Assembly (NCBI GenBank): GCA_027593235.1
Contig: JAQCIU010000006.1
Location: forward strand, 1-64,000
Length of the DNA stretch: 64,000 nucleotides
Origin: Chloroflexota bacterium
GTDB taxonomy: Bacteria; Chloroflexota; Dehalococcoidia; UBA2979
Direction of reading: 5' to 3'
Made by a program: the position numbers and the translations under genes. The notes under the pieces are model-generated. The model searched no databases, was not told the origin of the DNA, and saw only the letters and a program-made list of their open reading frames with translations. The first letter of the stretch is position 1. Every line of letters starts with the position of its first letter. Positions 8,852 to 16,327 of this stretch are shown here, one piece after another.

Positions 8852-10037
8852 TGCCTCGGTGGAGGCCGCGCTGGCCGACGCCCCAATCGACGAACCCGCG
8901 CTCGATGGCGACACCCTCACCGCGGAAGCGCCGATCGCCGACGACACCACAAGTGAGACCCTTGCGGACGCACCGGTCGACCTCGTGACGGTCGAAGATC
9001 CTGACGTCGAGATCGCGGAGCCAGCGGCCGAGCCACCGGAAGCCGCGGACGAAGAAACCATCGAGGCCGCGTCCGACGAAGACGCAGCCCCGAACGCGGA
9101 CGCGGACAGGCAGCCGGTCGCCGACCTCGAGGTAGAGGACACCATCGAGGCTGGCGCTGACACCGACGAGGCAGATGACGATGCGACCGACGCCGACCTT
9201 GAATCGCTGCCGCGCATGTTGGAGGCGATCCTCTTCGTCGCGGACGATCCGGTCGCGACCTCTGAGCTGGGACGCGCCCTCGAACTGACGCCAAGGCAGA
9301 TCCGGCGTGGGCTGGACGACCTGGCGGACAAGCTCCGCGAGGCCGGGCACGGGATTCGCCTGCAGCAGGGGCCGGACGGCGCGCAGTTGGTGACCGCACC
9401 GGAGATGGCGGCGACCGTCGAGCTGTTCCTTGGCCTCGAGGCGAACCGACGGCTCTCCAGCGCGGCGCTCGAGACGCTGGCAATCATCGCTTACCGCCAG
9501 CCAGTTACCCGCCATGCGATCGATCAGATCCGCGGCGTGAACAGCGACGGCGCGATCGCGACGCTGCGGGCACGCGGCCTGATCGAGGGCGTCGGACGAG
9601 CGCCGGGGCCCGGTCGACCACTGCTCTTCAGCACGACGCAGCGTTTCCTGGAGCACTTCGGTCTGGAGCGCCCGGATCAGCTACCGCCCCTCCCGGACGA
9701 TGTCGAAATGCCGCCCGAGGCAGAAGGCGCGCAGTTCGCGCTCGAGTCCGCGGTAAGAACAGAGACGGCCGCGAGTCCATCGACGGACGAACCCTCCGAG
9801 CTGAGCGCCCTCGATCCCGCCGCCGACGCCGGCGACGAGACGTTCGCCGAGGACACCCTGGCCGAGGACGAGGACAGCGAGGACGACGAGGACCTCGAAG
9901 AATTCGACGACCTCGATGACTTCGACGAGCTCGAGGATGACCTGGAGCTGGAGATCAGCGACGACGTGGAGGACTTGAGCCGCGCCGCCGGCGCCGCGTT
10001 CGCCAGCCCGGTCGAGGCCTCGGACAGCTCGAACTAG
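8820..10037 (+). CDS. scpB: SMC-Scp complex subunit ScpB with long acidic N- and C-terminal extensions
   Basis: LEAILFVA, LSSAALETLAIIAYRQPVTR, IRGVNS, PGRPLLF.TT..FLEHFGL. Confidence 0.93.
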   Translation: MTNERARRIVDASVEAALADAPIDEPALDGDTLTAEAPIADDTTSETLADAPVDLVTVEDPDVEIAEPAAEPPEAADEETIEAASDEDAAPNADADRQPVADLEVEDTIEAGADTDEADDDATDADLESLPRMLEAILFVADDPVATSELGRALELTPRQIRRGLDDLADKLREAGHGIRLQQGPDGAQLVTAPEMAATVELFLGLEANRRLSSAALETLAIIAYRQPVTRHAIDQIRGVNSDGAIATLRARGLIEGVGRAPGPGRPLLFSTTQRFLEHFGLERPDQLPPLPDDVEMPPEAEGAQFALESAVRTETAASPSTDEPSELSALDPAADAGDETFAEDTLAEDEDSEDDEDLEEFDDLDDFDELEDDLELEISDDVEDLSRAAGAAFASPVEASDSSN

Positions 10038-10041
10038 CCGC

Positions 10042-10341
10042 GTGACCACGGTCAGCGTCCTGTTGACGCTGCATCTGCTCCAACCCGGATCACTCAAGGA
10101 CAAGCGCGCGGTAGTGCGTTCACTCGTCGAACGGCTGCGCAAGCGGCTAGACGTCAGTGCCGCCGAGGTTGGCCTGCAGGACGACACGCGACGCGCGCAG
10201 ATCGGGTTCGCGACGGTGTCCGGTTCGCCCTCGGTAGCGCGCGGACTCGCGGACGACGCGCTGCGCTTCGCCGAGCGCGAGCTGATCGGCCGCGCCGAGA
10301 TCGTGGACGCGACGCGGGATGAGCAGACGATCGTCAGCTAA
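10042..10341 (+). CDS. DUF503 (YlxP-like) protein
   Basis: SLKDKRAVVRSL...VSAAEVGLQD motif, 99 aa. Confidence 0.88.
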   Translation: MTTVSVLLTLHLLQPGSLKDKRAVVRSLVERLRKRLDVSAAEVGLQDDTRRAQIGFATVSGSPSVARGLADDALRFAERELIGRAEIVDATRDEQTIVS

Positions 10342-10359
10342 CCGCGCCGCTTAACGAGG

Positions 10360-10391
10360 CAGACGGCCCCGAAGGGCCGTCTGTTGTTGTT
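10360..10391 (+). terminator. Intrinsic terminator, possibly bidirectional
   Basis: CAGACGGCCC-CGAA-GGGCCGTCTG-TTGTTGTT. The loop reads cUUCGg on the minus strand. Confidence 0.85.
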
Positions 10392-10430
10392 CGATACCGC
10401 CCCAACGCCTTCGCAGGCGCGGGAGTGGCG

Positions 10431-10473
10431 TTCCCGTACTATAGCTAGTCAGCGACTAGCTATAGTACGGGAA
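10431..10473. repeat. Perfect 20-bp inverted repeat with 3-nt spacer
   Basis: TTCCCGTACTATAGCTAGTC-AGC-GACTAGCTATAGTACGGGAA read directly from the sequence. Confidence 0.97.
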
Positions 10474-10581
10474 TTGGGCCTCGAGCGCACGATTCAGGTC
10501 CTTGCGCGCCTCCTGGATGGTGGGCGCAACGCCGGGCCGTGAGCGGCCGATGAGTGCGTTGTAGTAACGCTCGATTCGCAT
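10456..10581 (-). CDS. Small protein, 41 aa: MRIERYYNALIGRSRPGVAPTIQEARKDLNRALEAQFPYYS
   Basis: Hand translated, below the ORF-track cutoff. Purine-rich RBS AAGAAGGGAA upstream of the ATG. Explains a 470-bp gap between convergent genes. Confidence 0.75.
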   Translation of the reverse strand: MRIERYYNALIGRSRPGVAPTIQEARKDLNRALEAQFPYYS

Positions 10582-10637
10582 TTCCGCGATTCCCTTCTTT
10601 GGTAGGTCCGCGAATCCCGCGTGACCACCGTGGATTC

Positions 10638-10682
10638 AGTATCGGCCTCTCTCATCGCTTTCGCAAGTGAAAGTGTGCACAA
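10638..10682 (-). promoter_or_regulatory. Candidate promoter and CRP/FNR- or Rex-like operator for the 41-aa gene
   Basis: Minus strand TTGCGA-N17-GATACT (10666-10638). Adjacent AAGTGAA-AGTG-TGCACAA (10665-10682) matches TGTGA-N6-TCACA at 8/10 and TTGTGAA-N4-TTCACAA at 11/14. Confidence 0.4.
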
Positions 10683-10812
10683 TCACGTGAAATCCATGTA
10701 AATTGTCGCCTTAAAGGCAGGTACGTCGCCATCGGGGTTCACCCCGATCTGCGAAACGCCCATTTTCATTGAAGAAATCGCGCGAGACGCGTCCGAGACA
10801 GTGAATCTTCGG

Positions 10813-12108
10813 CTAGTTTGTGACCGGTGTGCAGAGCAGGTCGTATGGCAATGCGCCGTCGACGCGCGCTCGAATCATCGTTCCCGACGGGAATTCGCCC
10901 TTCACGAAGGCTAATCCGTCGACCTCTGGGGCATCGCGATGCGTGCGTCCCACGACCACGAGATCACCCCCGGCAGACTCTACGGGGGCGTCGGATTCCA
11001 CGAGGACGTCGAATTCCTGGCCGATCACGGAGCGGTTCGCTTCGTGCGAGATCGACTGCGCCAGTTCCATCAGCCGTCCGTAGCGTTCGACCTTGACCGC
11101 TTCCGGTACCTGTCCGGGCAATTCGGCGGCAGGCGTACCAGGCTGCGCCGAGTACGTGAAGGCACCAAGGTGTTCGAACCGCTGCTCCTCGACGAAGGCG
11201 AGCAGTTCTTCGAATTCGGCGGCGGTTTCGCCGGGGAAGCCAACGATGAAGGTGGTGCGCAGCACCGCATTGGGCATCGCGGCCCGGATGTGCGCAATGG
11301 ACTCGCGTGACTTCTGGACCGTCGGGCGCTTCATCCGCATCAGCGCGGCGGGCGAGGCGTGCTGGAGCGGCATGTCCATATAGGGCACGACGTTCGGCAG
11401 CGCGGCCATCGTTTCCGCCAGGCGCCGCGTGACCCGTCCGGGGTAGGCGTACATCAGCCGGATCCAGGGCAGATCCGGGACGGCCTCGGAGAGGCGCTCG
11501 AGGAAGATCGCCAGTCCGTCGCGCTCGTCGCGGTCCTCGCCGTAGGCCGTGGAGTCCTGCGCGACGAGCACCAGCTCGCTGGCCCCGGCCGCCGCGTGGA
11601 AGCGCGCCTCCACGAGCAGGCGGTCGGTGGGATCCGAGTGCATTCGTCCCTTGATCGTCGGGATGATGCAGAACGTGCACGGCCGGTCGCAGCCGTCCGA
11701 GATCTTGAGGTAGGCGCTGGGCGCACCAATGTTCGAGAGCGCCGGCTGTGGGATGTCGAAGCTGGGGCTCGCGGCGCCGAGGTCGGCCGCCACCTCGTCC
11801 CAGCGCTCCGCACCGAACGTCGCATCCACGTTCGGCACCGCGAGGCGCACCTGCTCCTCGGCGATCTCGGTCAGGCAGCCGACGACGTAGAGCCGCTGGC
11901 CGGCGTGCCGCTGCGCGTCAAGCTCGCGGATCACCCCGATCGATTCGTCTTTTGCGGCGTCGATGAAGCCACAGGTGTTCACGATCAGCAGTTCGGCGTC
12001 GTCCGGATCGGGCGCCGCGAGGTGCCGCCCAGCCCGCAACGCCTGCTCGAGGCGCATCGAATCCACGGTGTTCTTGGCGCAACCAAGCGTGACGAGGTGG
12101 TATTTCAC
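10813..12108 (-). CDS. rimO: Ribosomal protein S12 methylthiotransferase
   Basis: TLGCAKNTVDS, VNTCGFI..AK.ES, AYLKISDGCDRPCTFCIIP, WIRLMYAYP, TRAM domain DAPEVDG. GTG start placed at 12108. Confidence 0.95.
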   Translation of the reverse strand: MKYHLVTLGCAKNTVDSMRLEQALRAGRHLAAPDPDDAELLIVNTCGFIDAAKDESIGVIRELDAQRHAGQRLYVVGCLTEIAEEQVRLAVPNVDATFGAERWDEVAADLGAASPSFDIPQPALSNIGAPSAYLKISDGCDRPCTFCIIPTIKGRMHSDPTDRLLVEARFHAAAGASELVLVAQDSTAYGEDRDERDGLAIFLERLSEAVPDLPWIRLMYAYPGRVTRRLAETMAALPNVVPYMDMPLQHASPAALMRMKRPTVQKSRESIAHIRAAMPNAVLRTTFIVGFPGETAAEFEELLAFVEEQRFEHLGAFTYSAQPGTPAAELPGQVPEAVKVERYGRLMELAQSISHEANRSVIGQEFDVLVESDAPVESAGGDLVVVGRTHRDAPEVDGLAFVKGEFPSGTMIRARVDGALPYDLLCTPVTN

Positions 12109-12166
12109 GCGGCACTCCGTGGCGAATGAGCGCGAGGCCGCGCGAAATATCGGTCGGCGTAAGCGG

Positions 12167-12916
12167 TCATTGGGACGCCTGGGCAGTGGCTTCTGCGGAC
12201 GGCGGCCCCTGCGAGACAACGAGCGTCACCACGTCGCCGGCGGAGCTGAGGGTGCCGGGTTCCGGCGCCTGCTGGAACACCTCGCCGGCACGCGCTGTCG
12301 CGCTGGGACTCTCGACGATGCTCACGGTCAGACCCAGATTCTCGATCAGCGCGATCGCGGTCGCACGGTCGGCACCCACGAAGTCCGGCGTCGTTCCGGG
12401 ATCGAACGGCGGGATCACCGACGAACTCGCGACGGTCTGTGACTCCGCCCCGCCGCGGCCCGGGAGTTCCGGCAGACCGGTCCCCCCGCCGAGGCGTGGT
12501 GCGATCCAGAGCAGTAGCGCGATCACCAGCACGATCGCCGTCACAATCCCCGCCAGCCGCAGGTCGAACGGCGGGATCGTGCCGGACGGCATCCGCCGCA
12601 ATCCGGGCATCGGGTCGAGGCCCTCCGGCACCGGGAGGTGCGCCGGCATCGACATCACCGCTTCGGCGGGATCGAGGCCAAGGTAATCGGCATAGCTGCG
12701 CATGAAGCCGCGCGCGTAGACCGGTGCCGGCATGATCTCGTAGTGACCGCGCTCCAGCGCCTCCAGGTAGCGGCGGCTGATCCGGGTGTCGCGCTCGACC
12801 TCCTCGAAGCTGAGCTGCTTCGAGAGACGAGCATCCTCCAGGCGCGCGCCAATCGTCCGCGAGCGCGGTCGACCAGGGGCGGCGGAGGGAAACTCGATTG
12901 GGTTCGGTTGGGTCAT
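12167..12916 (-). CDS. RodZ-like HTH membrane protein with C-terminal PASTA domain
   Basis: IGARLEDAR...TRISRRYLEALE...VYARGFMRSYADYLGLD (RodZ HTH), one TM, then PDFVG...GEVFQQAPEPG...VTLVVSQGP (PASTA). Confidence 0.85.
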   Translation of the reverse strand: MTQPNPIEFPSAAPGRPRSRTIGARLEDARLSKQLSFEEVERDTRISRRYLEALERGHYEIMPAPVYARGFMRSYADYLGLDPAEAVMSMPAHLPVPEGLDPMPGLRRMPSGTIPPFDLRLAGIVTAIVLVIALLLWIAPRLGGGTGLPELPGRGGAESQTVASSSVIPPFDPGTTPDFVGADRATAIALIENLGLTVSIVESPSATARAGEVFQQAPEPGTLSSAGDVVTLVVSQGPPSAEATAQASQ

Positions 12917-13078
12917 CGCACCCCTGGCGGCTCGACCGGGCGACGCGATGGGTTCGCGCCTCAGCGCACCGGCCTGGAGGTTGCAGTATGACGGGTGCGG
13001 CGCCCGGGCGTCAGCGCCCGGTTGTTCTGGGAACCATTCGCCCGCTGGGCGGCGCTCCGCGGACGCGCCGGGAGCGTG

Positions 13079-13342
13079 CTAGGCCTGGATCGCCTTCAAC
13101 TGGCTGACTAGGCGCGCCTTCCGCCGGGCGGCGGAGTTGGGGTGAATGATCTTGCGGCGGGCGGCGCGATCCAGCGCGGACTGCGCCTCGCGGACGCGCT
13201 CGCCGGCATCGGCATCACCGGCAGCGATCGCAGCGCGCGCTTCGCGCAGCGCGTGCGCCGCACGCGTGCGGAACGGCTTGTTGCGCTCGGAATGCCGTTC
13301 GTTCTGACGAATGCGCTTGCGCGCGGACAACGTGTGGGCCAT
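13079..13342 (-). CDS. rpsT: 30S ribosomal protein S20
   Basis: SARKRIRQ...LDRAARRKIIHPNSAARRKARL, with a GGAGG RBS. Confidence 0.97.
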   Translation of the reverse strand: MAHTLSARKRIRQNERHSERNKPFRTRAAHALREARAAIAAGDADAGERVREAQSALDRAARRKIIHPNSAARRKARLVSQLKAIQA

Positions 13343-13423
13343 TGCCCCTCCATGTACGAAGCAACCTCTATCAAGCGGACGAACATCGTAGCCGCGACCT
13401 CACCGACCGTCTATCGTGCATGA

Positions 13424-15064
13424 ATGGCGAGCGAGCCGCGCCCAGCAGGCGCACGAGCCGCACTCGGCGGCTTCCGGCGTTTCCTGCAACGGGGCGGTGA
13501 CCGCGCGCCGTCCGGAATTGCCGGCGCTGCGGGCATTGTTGCCCTCGGATTCCTCGGATCGAGGCTGCTCGGCCTGCTCCGCTCGGTGGCGATCGCCGAC
13601 GCCTTCGGGACCGACCCGGAACTCGGCGCTTACTGGGTCGCGTTCCGCCTGCCGGATCTCGTGTTCCAGCTCCTGGCCGGCGCAACGCTGTCCGCCGCCT
13701 TCATCCCGGTGTTCTCCCGGGTCTCCATGCACCAGGGGCCGGATCGCGCCTGGCTACTGGCCTCACGGGTGCTCAACCTCGTCAGTATCGCCACCGTCGT
13801 GGTCGCTGCGGCCGCCTTCGTGGCGGCGCCCTGGCTCGTGCCCGTGCTCGCGCCGGGCCTCGGCGAAACGAGTGGCCGCGAGGCCGAGCTGCGCGATCTG
13901 GCGATCGAGCTGACGCGCTTGATGCTGCTCTCGCCGATCTTCTTCGGCATCTCCGGGATGCTGATGGGGATCCTGAACGCGCGCCAGCATTTCATCGCAC
14001 CGGCGCTGGCGCCGATGGTCTACAACGTCTCGATCATCTTCGGTGCGGTGTTCCTGGCCGGGCCGTACGGCGTGCACGGGCTCGTCTGGGGCGTGGTGAT
14101 TGGATCCGTCGGTCACCTGCTGATCCAGCTTCCCGCGCTGCGGAGCGTGGGGATGCGCTGGACGCCCTCGATCGATCTGGGATCGGAAGCGGTCCGCGAG
14201 GTCCTGCGACTGATGGGACCGCGCGTGATCGGCCTCGGCGCGTCACAGATCAACTTCCTCGTGCTGGTCTTCTTCGCCTCGTTCGTCTCGGACGAAGCGA
14301 TCAGCGCCGTGAACTACGCCTTCCTGATGATGATGTTGCCGGTCGGCGTGGTCGGGATGGCGGTCGCCACAGCGGCCTTCCCGATCTTCTCGCAGCAGGC
14401 GGCGGCCGGACGCCTCGATGCCCTGCGCAACACGGTCTGGCGTTCGCTGCGGGCGGTGCTCTTCCTCGCCGTCCCCGCCTCGGCCGGGCTGGTGGTGCTC
14501 GCGAAGCCAATGGTGCAACTGCTGCTGGAACGAGGCGCGTTCGACATCGGGTCGACCGATCTCGTGGCGAGCACGCTGGTGCTCTTCGGGATCGGCGTCT
14601 TCGCCCACGCGGGGATCGAGATCCTTAGCCGCGGGTTTTATGCCCTCGAGGACACCCGCACACCGGTCCAGGTCGCGGTGATGGCGATGGTGCTGAACGT
14701 CGTGCTGGCGCTGATCCTCGTCCGCCCGTTCGAACTGCGAGGACTGGCAGCCGCCGCCTCGATCACGGCGATCCTCGAGTTCCTCGTCCTCACCTCGTTG
14801 TTGCGTGGGCGCATCGGCGGATTCGATCGGCGCGGACTCGGCGACTTCTCGGCGCGGCTGGCGTTGGCGACGGTGGCGATGGTGCAGGTGATGGTGCTGA
14901 TGCGGTTGCTGCTCGGCGCGCTCGGCATCGATATCTCGGGCGCCCTCGGTGCGACGTTCCTCGTGCTGACGGCCGGGCTGCTCGGCGTGCTGACGTTCGG
15001 TGCGGCGGCGATTACGCTGCTGGGCGACGAATACCGGCAAGCGCGGCGCGCGCTGCGTCTGTAA
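13424..15064 (+). CDS. murJ: Lipid II flippase MurJ (MviN)
   Basis: SRLLGLLR, AFRLPDL, GATLSAAFIPVF, RGFYALEDTRTP; many TM segments. Confidence 0.93.
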   Translation: MASEPRPAGARAALGGFRRFLQRGGDRAPSGIAGAAGIVALGFLGSRLLGLLRSVAIADAFGTDPELGAYWVAFRLPDLVFQLLAGATLSAAFIPVFSRVSMHQGPDRAWLLASRVLNLVSIATVVVAAAAFVAAPWLVPVLAPGLGETSGREAELRDLAIELTRLMLLSPIFFGISGMLMGILNARQHFIAPALAPMVYNVSIIFGAVFLAGPYGVHGLVWGVVIGSVGHLLIQLPALRSVGMRWTPSIDLGSEAVREVLRLMGPRVIGLGASQINFLVLVFFASFVSDEAISAVNYAFLMMMLPVGVVGMAVATAAFPIFSQQAAAGRLDALRNTVWRSLRAVLFLAVPASAGLVVLAKPMVQLLLERGAFDIGSTDLVASTLVLFGIGVFAHAGIEILSRGFYALEDTRTPVQVAVMAMVLNVVLALILVRPFELRGLAAAASITAILEFLVLTSLLRGRIGGFDRRGLGDFSARLALATVAMVQVMVLMRLLLGALGIDISGALGATFLVLTAGLLGVLTFGAAAITLLGDEYRQARRALRL

Positions 15065-15118
15065 CCGGCATCGCCGGGCAAACCCGCGGCCCGGCAGGGC
15101 CACACCACACCCTCACGC

Positions 15119-15127
15119 TGGTACACT
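15119..15127 (+). promoter_or_regulatory. Extended -10 promoter candidate
   Basis: TGGTACACT (TGn-TACACT) about 95 nt upstream of the zinc-ribbon gene. Confidence 0.5.
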
Positions 15128-15219
15128 ATTTGCACCCCAACACACAAAGGGCGACAAGAAACGCGACAAGCGGTCGCGTGCCGCTGCGTGCGATGGGCCG
15201 CCGAACCTAAGGAGATCCC

Positions 15220-15855
15220 ATGGCATTCCAGGACCGTGAGCTGAACTGTCGCGACTGCGGCGGCGCCTTCGTCTTCACTGCGGGCGAGCAGGAGTTTTAC
15301 GCCACCAAGGGCCTCGAGCACGACCCGGTGCGCTGCCCGTCCTGCCGCGCCACGCGCAAGATGATGCGCCCCGAGGATCGCGACTTCGCGCCGGCCTACG
15401 GCGTCTACGTCTCCTGGGGAGGCCGCACGCCTCGGCAGCTCCACGTCGCGAGCTGCGCGCAGTGCGCCGGCATGACCGAGGTGCCCTTCCGCCCGCGCGA
15501 TGACCGGCCCGTCTACTGCTCCGACTGCTACGGCGACCTGCGCCGCAAGCAGGAGGCCCAGGAGTCCGCGGAAGCCACCGCCGCCGCGACGCGTATCGCC
15601 ACCTCCGGCACCCGCAACATCCTCGGCGCCCTCGAGGGCGAACGCCCGAACCCGCTCAGCATGCTGGGTGGTGACGATGAGGCCACCGACGAGGCGCCGG
15701 CTGCTGATGCGCCGGCCACAGAAGCAGCGACCGAGGGCGGCGAGACCGCCGAGGCCGTTGCGGTCCCCGCGACCGCGTCGACCGACGACGCAGCGCCCGA
15801 GACCGACGAGACCGCCGAGGTCATTGAGGTCCCAGCGACCGCGTCGATCGAGTAA
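15220..15855 (+). CDS. Zinc-ribbon / CxxC-x17-CxxC domain protein with acidic tail
   Basis: FQDRELNCRDCG..FVFTAGEQEFY..KGL...P.RCPSCR and CAQC...VPFRP...RPVYCSDC. RBS AAGGAG. Confidence 0.9.
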   Translation: MAFQDRELNCRDCGGAFVFTAGEQEFYATKGLEHDPVRCPSCRATRKMMRPEDRDFAPAYGVYVSWGGRTPRQLHVASCAQCAGMTEVPFRPRDDRPVYCSDCYGDLRRKQEAQESAEATAAATRIATSGTRNILGALEGERPNPLSMLGGDDEATDEAPAADAPATEAATEGGETAEAVAVPATASTDDAAPETDETAEVIEVPATASIE

Positions 15856-15932
15856 CCGGCTCGCCAGCCGCCATCGATCGGGGGCGATCTCGATTGATGG
15901 CGGTTTCCGGCGGACCTAGACTGATTCAGATA

Positions 15933-16267
15933 GGCGACGACGGAGACGAGTAGCCCCGCGGCCACGGCAGATGCGCAGCCGTGGACCGCACAGCGAGCCC
16001 GGGACGGTGTGAGCCGGGCGCGTGTCACGCGGGGCGAAGATCCCTCCCGAGCCGTCGACCGAAGCGCCGTCCGTCCCCGCGCGGGACATCGAGGACAGCG
16101 TGCGTAGGCTCGACCGGAGCGCCCACCGTTAGCAGGGGCAGTGCCATCGGCGACGTGTCGCCCGTGGTGCGGAGAGCGGCGAGTCCGTCACGCGAGGCGT
16201 GAGGGGCGCGCAACGCGGGTGGTACCGCGGGCAGTCCAGCCCGTCCCGTTCAGGGATGGGCTTTTTT
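15933..16267 (+). promoter_or_regulatory. T-box riboswitch (Ile, AUC specifier), transcriptional type
   Basis: Stem I motifs AGTAG, AGCGAGC, GGTGTGA. Specifier loop GAAG-ATC-CC with ATC at 16040-16042. T-box AACGCGGGTGGTACCGCGG at 16212-16230. Terminator GCCCGTCCC..GGGATGGGC-TTTTTT. Confidence 0.95.
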
Positions 16268-16327
16268 GATCTGCGCGCGCGGCGCGCGGATCTCAATGCG
16301 CGGGTCGCCGCGTTGGAGGTAACGAGC

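Noticed and set aside
10431-10473. Palindrome as a protelomerase/hairpin-telomere site, transposon end or CRISPR repeat
   Set aside because: No resolvase, transposase or cas gene, only one copy, and one arm is coding sequence.
10494-10682. 62-aa ORF from the ORF track
   Set aside because: Starts inside the AT-rich regulatory region with no RBS; the overlapping 41-aa frame has an RBS and more typical codons.
10679-10694. parS-like core TCACGTGAAA near scpB
   Set aside because: Flanks (ACAA...TC) do not fit TGTTTCACGTGAAACA; single copy and no parAB in the window.
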